Assembly: GCF_009914755.1 (NCBI RefSeq)
Contig: NC_060928.1
Origin: the human T2T-CHM13v2.0 reference genome, Homo sapiens
Strand: one strand, 5' to 3'
Length of the DNA stretch: 64,000 bases
The notes below the pieces were generated by a model, which worked only from the letters and a program-made list of their open reading frames with translations, made no database searches and was not told the origin of the DNA. Position numbers and translations under genes: made by a program. This document shows positions 1 to 14,135 of the stretch, piece after piece. How positions within the stretch are numbered: position 1 is the first letter of the stretch; each line of letters begins with the position of its first letter.

Positions 1-252
1 GTAGGTATATTATGTATATACCTACATGTATATATACATATAGGTATATTATGTATATACCTATATGTATATATACATGTAGGTATATTATGTATATACC
101 TACATGTATATATACATGTAGCTATATTATGTATATACGTATATGTATATATACATGTAGGTATATTATGTACATGTAGGTATATTATATATATACATAC
201 ATGTATATATACATGTATGTATATTATGTATATACATACATGTATATATATA
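1..252. repeat. AT-rich 39-bp minisatellite, about 6 units, running off the window start
   Basis: Unit GTAGGTATATTATGTATATACCTACATGTATATATACAT recurs at 1, 40, 79 and 118, then degenerates. Confidence 0.9.
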
Positions 253-719
253 TTCTCTTCTTTTCTTTATTTATAAGGTGAAGAAAAAGAGAAGAAAGAT
301 AAAGTCATGTTCAAAGTAATTCTTTATATTTTAACTAATTGAAAAATGGTGCCTGGTGGATCTCAGTGCAGAGATAAAGAAGAAGTAGCTATGCTTAATT
401 ATTTCAAAACTGTTTTATTGCCTTATGATGCACATGAGATTTAATAACTCACACTTGCAGAAAAAGACATTCTCTTATAGTATCTCTCAATAGAAGTGTG
501 TTCAGAAAATGGAGCTTTTGAGGACAAACGGCTGCCTTGTCTAATATTTTTCAAAGCTGGTTTGAAAGCCAGAAATATCAGGAAGTAGTTCAATGCCTTG
601 TAATTATAGACAGCAAACATAGTTTTGTTTTTGAAGTAAAGAAATGCCACACAACTCAGTGGCAAAGGACAGAAAGTGAGGCAAGGAAAAATCATGAACT
701 TTACAGTTTGACACACATG

Positions 720-885
720 GCTTCACTCCCCATTTTTCAGTTGTATTTAGGTATAAAATCATGGGCAAGGTGACTAACCATTTTGAGCCTTGAGTTTATG
801 ATTGATGACATAAAAATATAATCTGTCCAGAGCAGTTGTGAGATTAAGTGATATTATAAATGTACATGACTGGCATGGAACTGTT
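720..885 (+). mobile_element. MIR SINE relic
   Basis: GGGCAAGGTGACTAACC...GTTGTGAGATTAAGTGATA resembles the MIR core; highly diverged. Confidence 0.5.
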
Positions 886-1338
886 TGATTTATTGCTTTT
901 CTTTTTTAAATGAATATGAATATTGATTAACTTTCATTTCAATAATCTATTTGACAAATAGGCTGTAATTCCTCATGAATTACTGGGCTCTGGGTCAGTG
1001 GAATACCAAAACTGAGGATCAGGCAGAGTGTCTCCCATGAATTATATTATTTCATGGTACTAGAGATTTAAACACATAATCTCAGTGGCTCCTGTTAATT
1101 CTGTTTAGGATGGTGGGCAAATCCAAACTGAGAGCCGTGCAAATGCCATGAAGATGCCATAAACATCATTGCATGACTTTTCTAAGCACTTACTGTAGCC
1201 TCAAGGCATATAAAGTTGGTCATGACGACTGTGGATTCTGTATTTGAAAATTTACATTTTCACTAACACTTATCCAAGCACAAATTACAGTGCTGTTGAT
1301 TGTTAATAAGTAAATAGTATATATTAAAACAATTTTAT

Positions 1339-1643
<305 letters not shown>

Positions 1644-1686
1644 ACAATTTTACATATTGATTAGTCAGTGAAAATGTTGTGACTAA

Positions 1687-2029
<343 letters not shown>

Positions 2030-2689
2030 AAATAAATGGTTTATTATTCAATAATTCTGTTTTTTCTTGACTTTCTAGAACATAACCACTATCAATAATG
2101 AGACTAGAATACGTTTTATAATCAATTCATGATACTTGAAATGACAAATGAAATAAGGCATGAATATTTTACTTTTGGCAGTATGGCAGGTGAGATATCA
2201 GAACCAACTGTCTTGAAAGAGTCAACATGCAATCATTAAAGTAATATATTACTCAAAGTAAACATATGACAAAAAAGAAGCCAGTTGGGAAGTAAAGCAC
2301 TGCAATCGGTTTTTGTATCAATGACTTAAACAAAGGGAGTAAAACTGTGTTTAAATTTTCAAGTTGTTTGCAGACTATGTGAAGTGTGAAAATACACTGC
2401 TAGCTAATGTGAAGAGTCAATCAGAAACACTCTCTTTCCCTTAAATTTGGATCATTTAAAAACTATATTATTTGAATAATGTAAGCTAGAAGTAAATCTC
2501 CAACCCACAAAACAACATTGTGTTACACTTAAAATTGCTTGACCTGACCCACATGGTTTGAAAATAAAACATATATAAATACTCCTTAGAGGCTGTAACA
2601 ACAAACTGTTGGGATACATGCGTTAAAATCACATAACATGAGTTGACAAAAAAGAAAGACATTTAATACTGAGTTTTAAGTGCTCTCAC

Positions 2690-2855
2690 AGTGTAAGAGT
2701 GTCCAGATGCAATAACGACCTGGACCCTACATAATAAAATAGCCATAAAATATAGAAAACAAATTTGGACAAAAACATAAGTAATAAATAATTTCATATC
2801 ATAGTGGCATATTTTAACACATTTATTTAATGAACTTATAAAACAAGCTGACAAA
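2690..2855 (+). mobile_element. Old L1M ORF2 endonuclease fragment
   Basis: A-rich tract ...ATCATAGTGGCATATTTTAACAC... resembles the L1 EN 'IVGDFNT' region. Confidence 0.4.
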
Positions 2856-2890
2856 TTCACCTGAATAATCCCTAAGATTTTTTTATTTAA

Positions 2891-5019
<2,129 letters not shown>

Positions 5020-5559
5020 AGATTTTTGTTTAATTACACCAACGAAAACTTTTCCAAATAACGTAACAGTCACAGGTTCTAGGAATTAGGAAAAATATTT
5101 TGAAAGAATACCATGCATATACAAGAATATAATAATGTTTAAGCAATATAAGATAGTTATTTTTGGCACCATGATGCTGAAAAGGAAAAAAATCCCGTTA
5201 AAAAACTGTTTTTTCTTTTATATATTTCAACAGAAATGTAATTGCTTACATGAGAGTTGAAAGTCACTTAGTTTCTAAAAGTTTGTTTTGTTGTCATACA
5301 GCCCATGTTCATTGTTCTAGAATGCATGATTGATTATCCATGAAAATAATGTTAAGCTGAATAATTCAAAGATATTAATAATGTCTTATGAATAAGAAAG
5401 GTTTGTTACATTCATGAGTAAATAGCAAAGGTGTAATGCCAATTATATGTAGGATGTTTATGTAATTTGAAAACATAATGTAAAATCGCAAGATAAAATT
5501 GTGTTTACTAATAAGTCCAACTGAGACCACTACTTGGTTGATAGCATTTTTGGCTAGAA

Positions 5560-5720
5560 TAAGTGCAGTTTATATTACTTGAAGTTTTTATAAGATTCAC
5601 TATCTCCTCACAACACAAAACCACTCGTGATCATTACTTAAATCAAGACGCAGAATTGTTCCATCTCTCTAAAGATCTCTTATGCTCCCCTTTTCAGCCA
5701 TGAAAAAGCCTATACCCTTC
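5560..5720 (-). mobile_element. L1ME 3'UTR fragment
   Basis: AATCAAGACGCAGAATTGTTCCATC...CTTATGCTCCCCTTT resembles the antisense L1ME 3' end. Confidence 0.5.
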
Positions 5721-5724
5721 CTAA

Positions 5725-7589
5725 AATGTTGTAAATTATGTATATATAATCAAGTATCTAGAACAACTGCTAACAGACCTATAGAACATAATATGCTCAA
5801 AAACACTACAGATAAGCCAAAATGGAATTCTAAAAAATGATTGAGTAACCTATAAGAGGCCAGGGCAAAGTAGACAGCGATAGAGAGAAAAAAAGACAGA
5901 GAAACAAAAAACAGAAAACAAAAAATAAAATGGTACACCTCAGTCCTAATATATTACTAATTACATAAAAATCAAATGGCCTAAGTACATCAATTACAAA
6001 AAGGGATTGGCAGAGTAGGTTTTTTAAAAGCCCCCAGAACAACTAATAACCACCTCTATGCTGTCAAAAAAAAAAATTAAATACAACAATGCAGGCAAGT
6101 TGAAAATATATAGATGGAAAGAGAGATACAACACAGGCGCTAGTCAACAGAAAGCATGAATGGCAATATTATTAACAGATAAAATAGGCTGCACAACAAA
6201 GAAACAGTACCAGGAGCAGAAAGGCACATTACATACTGATAAAAATAAGTCAACACAGCAAGAAAACATAAGCAATTCTAAATACGTAGGCAACAAGAAA
6301 GCTTCAAAATACTTGGGACAAAAACTAATAGAACTGAAAGGAAAAATAAAAATAAACACAATCATGGTTGAAAACATAAACTCTATTCAAGAATTACTTA
6401 TCAGAATATCAGCAAGGACATAGAACTCAAAAATGCCATCAACCAACAGAATCCAACTGACATTTATAGAACACAACACAACACCTAACAAAAGCAGAAT
6501 ACACATTCTTTGTAAGAGCCATTGCAGCAGTCAGCAATATAGCCCACACTGTGGGTCCCAAAATAAGCTACAAAAATAAAGAAAGAAAAGTATACAGATT
6601 ATTTTATCTGAATATAATGGAATAAAATGAACAATGAATACAAGTAAAGTCGTGTGAAAATCTCCAAATACCTGGAAATTAAAACACGGGCTTCTAAATA
6701 AGTTATGTGTCAAAGGGGAAGTCATTTAATCCTAACCTGGGAGCAAGGATCCCAGCAAGAAAATGAAACATAAACAAATATTGAAATAAATGAAAATGAA
6801 AACACACATATCAAAATTTGTGGGCTGCAGCTAATGCAGCACTGAGAAATTTATAGCACTAAATGTTCACATTCAAAAGTAAGAATGACATAAAAATCAA
6901 GAATCTAAGCTCTTACTTCTAGAAACTAAAAAAAGAAGGGCAAAGTAAAACCAAACAAAGGAGAAGAAAGGAAATAATCAAGATAGTAGAAGCAGTTGAT
7001 AAAATTGAAAACAGAAAAACAATAGTGAAATTTAATCAACTCAAATGGATCATAGATCTAAATGTAAACTTGGTGAAAGATAAATTTTGGTTCATCCATG
7101 TAATGAACTATACACAACTATTAATAAATGGAGCAATAAGAATAAATCTCAAGGACCTCTCATTGGAATGAAAAAGCCAGTATCAATATGTGGCATATGG
7201 TAAGATCTTTTTATACATCATTCCTGAAATCACAAAATTATAATTATGGCAAACAGATCAGGGATTGCTAGGGTTAGGGTTGGATTATAAAGGAGACATT
7301 TGAGAGTGCCTTTGGCGTGTTGAAACAGTTCTGTTTCCTAACTGTGTAATTATACACATCTAAATATGTGATAAAATTTCATAAAACTCTTCTGAAAAAT
7401 GTGCATATAAAAGTCATTGAAATCTGAATAAAGTCCTAAATTTAGTTAACAGCATTGATCCAATGTCAATTTCCTGGTTTTGATAATTGTACTATGGTAA
7501 TAGAAGATTTTATCATTGGGGAAGTTGAATGAAAATTACATGGGAGCTCTCTGGAATTTTTTTGTCACTTTTTAATATAAAAAGCTTTC

Positions 7590-7593
<4 letters not shown>
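5725..7593 (+). mobile_element. Old L1 (L1MC/L1MD type): inter-ORF and endonuclease region joined by a large deletion to the 3'UTR
   Basis: ORF 6160-6423 (AILLTDKI...STQQENI...) aligns to L1 EN 'AILISDKTDF...SIQQEEL'. At ~7040 it jumps to ORF2 3' and an L1MD-like 3'UTR (CCAATGTCAATTTCCTGGTTTTGATAATTGTACTATGG). Confidence 0.8.

Positions 7594-7620
<27 letters not shown>
7593..7620. repeat. (CA)n microsatellite
   Basis: About 14 uninterrupted CA units. Confidence 0.95.
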
Positions 7621-7629
7621 CCCACTATA

Positions 7630-7896
7630 TGTCTGGGCACAGAGACTCACACACAAAAAGGACACTATTTGAAGATGACAGCATAGAATGTGTAAAGCCA
7701 AAGAAAGTCAGAGTCCTAGCAAACCACCAAAAATGAGGGGAGAGACATGTAACACATTATCTCTCGCAGCCCTAAGAAAGAATCAACCCAGCTGACACAC
7801 TGATATTGGACTTCTAGCTTCCAGAACTGCGAGACAATAAATTTGTCTTCTTTAACCTCCTCAGTTTGTGCTAGGCAGCCCTAGCAAACTAATATA
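7630..7896 (+). mobile_element. MLT1B-like MaLR LTR, 3' part
   Basis: GGACTTCTAGCTTCCAGAACTGCGAGACAATAAATTT...GGCAGCCCTAGCAAACTAATATA. Confidence 0.85.
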
Positions 7897-8003
7897 GACT
7901 CTTCAACAGGCAGTTAGATTTCCAGAGTATATACTGTTCACCAAGCATAATACTAGAGGTTCATTTTTCGATGATACTTACTCAGAAAATCTGTGTAATG
8001 GCC

Positions 8004-8374
8004 TTTATTAGTTTGCTGGTGCTACCATAACAAAATACCATCAACTGTGTGGCCTAAACTACAGTCATTTATTTACTCAACAGTTCTGAAGTTGGAGTCC
8101 TGGGTCAGGGTACCAGGATGGTGGGGTTCTGGCATGGGGTCTCTTCCTGGCTGACAAAAGGCCCTCACACTGAGTCCTCACAGGGCAAACAGAAAGAGGG
8201 CAGGCTTTCTGGCATCTCTTCTTATAAGTGCATTAATACCCTTCTGAGGGCCCCATATTCACATGACCTTATCTAAACCTAATTATCTCTTAATGGTTTT
8301 ATCTCCAAATCCCATCAACACTGCAAGTTAGGTCTATAATATATAAATTTGTTGGGACACAATAAGTTCATAGT
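8004..8374 (-). mobile_element. MLT1A0-like MaLR LTR
   Basis: TATTAGTTTGCT...CCATAACAAAATACCA...CTCTTCTTATAAG...GACCTTATCTAAACCTAATTA. Confidence 0.85.
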
Positions 8375-8599
8375 AGGTCCAACAGGCACAATTGAGTGTA
8401 ATGAGAGTTTATGAAATGTTGGGAGACTAAGTGATCATTTATAAACTGAAGGGATTTACTGGGCACCACAGTAATCACCAAAGAGATATTAATGATTAAT
8501 AATGTATGACAGTTAAAAACTTGATTTGATCCTTGCTCCCAGGCAAGGATTAAATGACTTCCATCCTCAACTACCTCTTTAAATGTATTTTCTACTCTT

Positions 8600-9420
8600 A
8601 TATTTGAAGTCCTGAAGCAGTTGCCCTTTTCCAATTGGCAAAGACTTCTCTTTCTCACTCTCTCTATTCTTTATTCCAGGCAGTTCTTCCCTGAGCTCAT
8701 CTTTTTTTATATAAAACTTTGACAAAAGCACCCAACATCATCACTAATGTTCATGATCTACTTGACACAAGTTATTGCTGGACAGTTTTACCAAATGTTT
8801 TGCTACTGTATAACATACCATTTTTCTAGACACCACGACTCCACCACTAAAATGATGTCATATATTTAAGGTATTTGTTAGGTCAGGACCATAATTCTAT
8901 ACAACAGTGTCCATCTCAGCTAGGATAGGCTAAATTATGTTATGATAATAAACAAATTCCAAAACTCAGTGCTTAGCAATAACAATAAAAATGTTTCTTT
9001 CTGCTGGGCATGGTGATTTACGTCTGTAATCCCTGTAATCCCAGCATTTTGGGAGGCTGAAGTGGGAGGATTGCTCGAGCCCAGCAGTTCAACACCAGCC
9101 TGGGCAATACAGGGAGACTCCCATCTCTACAAAAGAAAAAGAAATTAGCAGGGTGTAGTGGTGATATCTGTGCTCCCAGCTACTTGGGGGGCTAAAGTGG
9201 GAGGATCACTTAATCCCAGGAAGTCAACGCTGAGTGAACTCTGATCATGCCACTGCACTCCAGCATGGGCAAGAAAGCTAAACCACGTCTAAAAAAAAAA
9301 ATGTTTATTTCTTGTACATGCTAATGTCAACTAATGGTGAAGTAACGGTCTCTGCTTTAGACACTCTAAGGATGATGGAGTCTCTGCCATCCTGTAGCTG
9401 CTGCAACATTTGGAATACCA
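8600..9420 (-). mobile_element. MLT1K-like LTR plus adjoining MLT1-int remnant, split by an AluJ
   Basis: AGGATAGGCTAAATTATG...AAACAAATTCCAAAACTCAGTGCTTA...GTTTATTTCTTG is the MLT1K end; 8600-8910 resembles the internal part. Confidence 0.55.
9002..9300 (+). mobile_element. AluJ
   Basis: GGAGGATTGCTCGAGCCCAG; TSD AAAAATGTTTCTTTC / AAAAATGTTTATTTC; small internal duplication CTGTAATCC. Confidence 0.93.
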
Positions 9421-10025
9421 GGGCAATTCAGTATAGTTTTTGAAGTGTATATTTTATTCTATTGCAGACAAATTATATTCTGCGTTTCTCTTCTGCTTCG
9501 TTTTGCACAGAGTAAATATCGTATATAATTACTTCTTGATTGAGAAATAAGAAAATAAACAAAAATCAAAACAAAACAAAACAAAAAATTAAATTTCCAC
9601 AAACAAGAAATCTATACTCTTGAGTTGCTATTATAGTGTTAGCTGAAAATAATTTTCTACATTTTCCCAAATCCAGTTAGATTTTTCTGCTCTATTCAGC
9701 CTAAATAATTTTTTGCATTTATTATGAATAAATAATAGGACCATGTATGCAGCACCCATAATGTTTCACGTATTGTAGGCACTATAAATACGTGAAGGAA
9801 ATAGAGACAGAAGTATTCACTTTATAAGAGAATGAATATAAAATATATATAATATTCTGAAAATTTAAAACATCTTATACCATTATATAGTTCTTTTTGG
9901 TTTATTTAGAAAATGAAGTATAGAAAGTATACATCTAATCCGTGATTTCAGGAAAGGTTAACCTTAGTGGGGAAAAAAAATTATTACGTGAATAAAGTTT
10001 ATTCTGACATCATCTCATGGAAGTT

Positions 10026-10448
10026 TGTCATACAAATTAGGTCATTCTAGCCATACCCAACTAAAACAGAGTAGAAAAGCCAGGGGGAAAAAAGGACTAA
10101 GGGCACGTAACATTGCTCCAAAAATGTAAGTTCTTTGCAAACCTGGCTGCTGAAACTGGCTGCTGTAACCTGAAACCAGTTTTATCTAATGGCTCCTGAA
10201 AGAACCTGCTGAGACTCTAAAACTGCCCACTTGCCAGTTCCCCCAAAATTTACCAGTGCCAATGAACTTTCTTGCAAAACAATATGTAATATTTCCATGT
10301 TTTACTAAAACTTCCAGCCTGCTCTTTGTTCTTTGGACATACCAAAGACCACCTGGTCTGTGTTTATGCCCCAAATTGCAGTTCTTGCCTCCCAAATAAA
10401 AATGTTTTAAATTTTAGAGATGGATCCATATTTTATTTGATTTTGACA
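10026..10448 (+). mobile_element. ERV1-class solo LTR, subfamily not assigned
   Basis: TGTCA...TGACA inverted termini, 423 bp, AATAAA at ~10396; body resembles MER4-group LTRs. Confidence 0.75.
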
Positions 10449-11211
10449 ATCTTTTTTCATTTTCCCCAACAGAAGACTTTTCTTGTTTCCTACTTCTTCA
10501 ACCTAGATTCTCCAGAATAATAGCTGGTTGTCTCAGGAAGTTATCATGGAGTCATGTTAGGCATTACCTCCCTGCAGTGATCCACTGTAAACATCTTTTA
10601 TTTCCACATGAAACCTTGCCTGGAAAAATGTCAATTCCCAGCTTATCACATACATCAACAAGAATGCAACTCAATAGAAATATGATTCCTGATGAGTTGT
10701 TTATGTGTTAAACAATGACCATCTCTATTATCGGAAGAAAATAAGTCATAAACATAAAATAAATTTTAAAAATAGGCTATTTTAACCTAAAGCAGTCCCT
10801 AGGAGTCACGTATAGGATAGTGGGGTAGATAACTTTGTCCAAGAAAGACAGATGATAAGGAAATTTGCTTTATTAAACATAAGTTTCAAGTAGTGTGTAA
10901 AGCTACTTTTACATAGATTATCTCAAGTTTGTGTAGACAGTATTGTCATTAAGTAGCAAAGTGGTAAATTAAAGATTAGGACTTGCGCAACAGAATGAAA
11001 TTGTAGAACAGGTATCCAAATCTGGGTTTCTGTGATTTTTAAACTTTTATTTGTATTCCAGCATACTATCTTTCAGCCCTCATGAAACCATGTTATACTG
11101 GCAGTTAAATGGAGGGCATTTTACAGCAAACAACTCTAGAACATCATATGCACTAATACCCTGCAAAAACTTTAGCCAGTAGAAAAACATGAATTTATGT
11201 CAGAAAAGCTG

Positions 11212-11282
11212 AAGAAATACTGGGTTAGCTTTCTATACATACAGTGACAAAGTATGTATAGAAAGTTAACCCAGTATTTCTT
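11212..11282. repeat. Near-perfect inverted repeat: 31-bp arms, 9-nt loop
   Basis: AAGAAATACTGGGTTAGCTTTCTATACATAC-agtgacaaa-GTATGTATAGAAAGTTAACCCAGTATTTCTT, with one G.T mismatch. Confidence 0.95.
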
Positions 11283-11835
11283 TTCTTAATCCCACATTTC
11301 ATTGGTAAAAACAACACAAACTTTCTCACAGTTCTGTAAATCAGAATCCAGTGTACTTGGCTAGTTTCCCTGCTCATATCTCACAAGGCCAAAACCAAGG
11401 TTTCAGCAGAGCTATGTTCCTCTCTGAATGCCCTAGAGGGGAATCCGTTTTCAGACTCATTCAGGTTGTTGGCGAAATTCAGTACCAGGCAGTAGGGGTC
11501 GTATTTTCTTGCTGGATTCCACTCTTTGTTCCCAGCAGCCTCTCTTCTGGTGCTTCTGTGTAGGACGCTGCCTTTCAGAACAAGCAGCACCTGGAATACT
11601 TCTCACAGTGCTGTGTCTCTTCTGCCACATCTTTCCATAACTTCAGTAGAGACAGGTTCTCCACTTTTAAGTGGTCCCATAATCAGATTGGAGACACCCA
11701 GATAATCCAAAATAATCAATCCATCTCAATTTCCACAATCTTAATCACATCTGTAAAGTCCCTTTTGACATATATTAACAGGTTGCAGAGATTAGTGTGT
11801 GAACATTTTTGCAGGATATATAGTAGTCTACTACA
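11221..11835 (-). mobile_element. MLT1D/E MaLR LTR
   Basis: AAAACAACACAAAC...TCTCACAGTTCTGTA...CCCAGATAATCCAAAATAATC...CTTAATCACATCTGTAAAGTCCCTTTTG. Confidence 0.8.
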
Positions 11836-13211
11836 AACAATTCTATTGACAACTTTAAAACCATAAAATGGGAAGCTTGAGATTTTTCTTACACTGAAAA
11901 AAAAAATTACCATCACTAGGAATTACTCCAACTCTCTCTGTGTAATATCATAACTATGATAATATCTTCTGACTATCCTTTTGAATTAGTTGTTCTAATT
12001 ACCACCTGAACTCATTTAAGTGAATCCAAAACTAGTTTGACATTTTCTAAAATGGTCAAAACAGACTTGTCTGTATATTCTTTCAATGAATACTTTTATT
12101 TGCCAGTTTAAATCCTGGGTCACAAATGTTGCAGTTGCTATTTTTCTTTTTATCCAAGTGTTTGAGGTTGCTTTTTTTCTATACAGCCATTTAAAAGAAA
12201 AGAATATGATTAGCACCATATTATCATTTCTTTCAATGTATATTTTAAATATAATTACTACTTAGTCTGAATGAGAGATGCATATGGTATGAATGTTACC
12301 CATCTTTATAAATAAAAGGGAATAATACAGCGATGATATAATAAATGCCAAAAGACATTGCTTTCAAAAACATCAGCTTACTAATTGACCTTTTTTCTGC
12401 ATTTACCATACTATTTGTCATTTCAGCAGTTAGCTATCTTTCTGACAAGTAAATTCCTTTCAAATGTGTATGACATTTAACTGGATAGAGTTATTTGTCA
12501 TTGAATAATTTAATGTCATCTCTTATTGCCTCAATTTAAATGGTTGATCTAATTTTTATTTGCAATGTGAAATTTAGATAACTCATATTATATTGGTTAA
12601 TGTCTAAATACTTTAAAAATTTAGATGAATGTACTTTTGACTTGTCAGCATAATCAAATGGGGCATATGGGATTGAGATTAAACAGTTGATTAAGTCCCA
12701 TGATAGAATACATTTAGTTTCTCTTCTCCTTTTGGTCTTGCTTATTCACATCTCTTCAATCTTTCTGAGAACTCCCTTTACAACTCCAGATCTACAATAA
12801 TTTTATGAAATCATCAGTTAAGCTCCTTGGATTAATATCCTTATTTTCTTTCTTTATTCTAAAGTTCCAAGGTACATATTAACTGCCTCCTTCAATCTTC
12901 TGTATTCAAATTACACCTCCTTTCCCTGAATTGAAAGGGAATTTCAATGTCCTTTATGAAAGCTATAGATAACCCTTTCTTATTTATCTATCTTTTATTC
13001 CCTACAATTTTCATAGGTTTTATGTCCTGATTAAATTATTTATATCCGCTTCTATTAACATTAACTTCTTCAATACTTAATGGCTTATCTAGTGCTTTTC
13101 TGAGGTTAACAACTGGTTTTAATCACCCTTTTCTGATTTATATGACATTACAAATAATTTTGGAAATTGTAGATAATTTGTCATAGTACTAAAAGTTTGT
13201 ATGCAAGGGGG

Positions 13212-13270
13212 GTGTGTGTGTGTGTGTGTGTGTGTGTCACAGAGAGAGAGAGAGAGGGAAAGAGAAAGAG
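13212..13270. repeat. Compound (GT)n/(GA)n microsatellite
   Basis: (GT)13, then CAC, then a (AG)n purine run. Confidence 0.95.
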
Positions 13271-13919
13271 AAATTGATGAATAAATCTAATTAATCAATT
13301 TGGTCCTGTACAGATAATGAAGCTGTAAGTTATCTCTCTACTGTGATAGTAATTAATATATTCCCTATGGTCTACTTTGCTTATATCTAGTAACATTCAG
13401 GCAAAATTATAATCTCTCATGACACCATTTCATTCCTTCTCCAGCTTTATCCTTCTTGGAAGAGTGGCTTATAGCAGCCACTCTCACTAACCCAAATTTT
13501 TATTGGTTGCTAACATGAAACAGGTCTTCCATTCCCAAACCTCTTCAGCCATTTGTCTTTCCTCAGCCTTCACCCCTCTCTATTATTCTGCATCACAAAT
13601 AACCATACCCTACTTATAGGAAAAATCTTATCCCCGTTTCTCCTCAAAATCTCTATCTGACATTTCATTATTCCATTATTCTCCTTATATTAGTGAATGT
13701 GTAGCTTGTATATATTGAAGAAATATTATTTTATAGGGTATTTTCTTCCACAAAGGAATGGAAATGGCTTACAGAAAGACACACGTCTCACAAAGCACAA
13801 AAATATATAAATATGAGTAGTAAGTTGGAGGAAAGGAAGGATGAGTTGCTAAAGTTAAACTGCAGGTTTGTTTCTGAACTTCATAGAAGCCAATACAAAA
13901 ATGAATATTAGTTAGTGGC

Positions 13920-14135
13920 TGTATAGCATAGTGGCTAAGTGTAGACTCCAGAGTTAGTGAGCTGAAATGATGGCTTCAACACTTAACAGCTGTATGATTT
14001 TAGATACGTTACTTAGCACTCTGAATCTCATTATTCTTCTCTTTAACATGAGGACGAAGAGTATATTTTTAACAAACTTGTGAATATTAAATGCATATGA
14101 ACTTATTAACTGTTCCTGCCTACTACAATGCAAAC
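13920..14135 (+). mobile_element. MIR
   Basis: GTATAGCATAGTGGCTAAG...CACTTAACAGCTGTATGA...GTTACTTAGCACTCTGAATCTCA. Confidence 0.7.

Noticed and set aside
7268-7281. TAGGGTTAGGGTT telomere-like word
   Set aside because: Only two units, inside the L1 3'UTR where GCCAGGGGTTAGGG-like sequence is normal.
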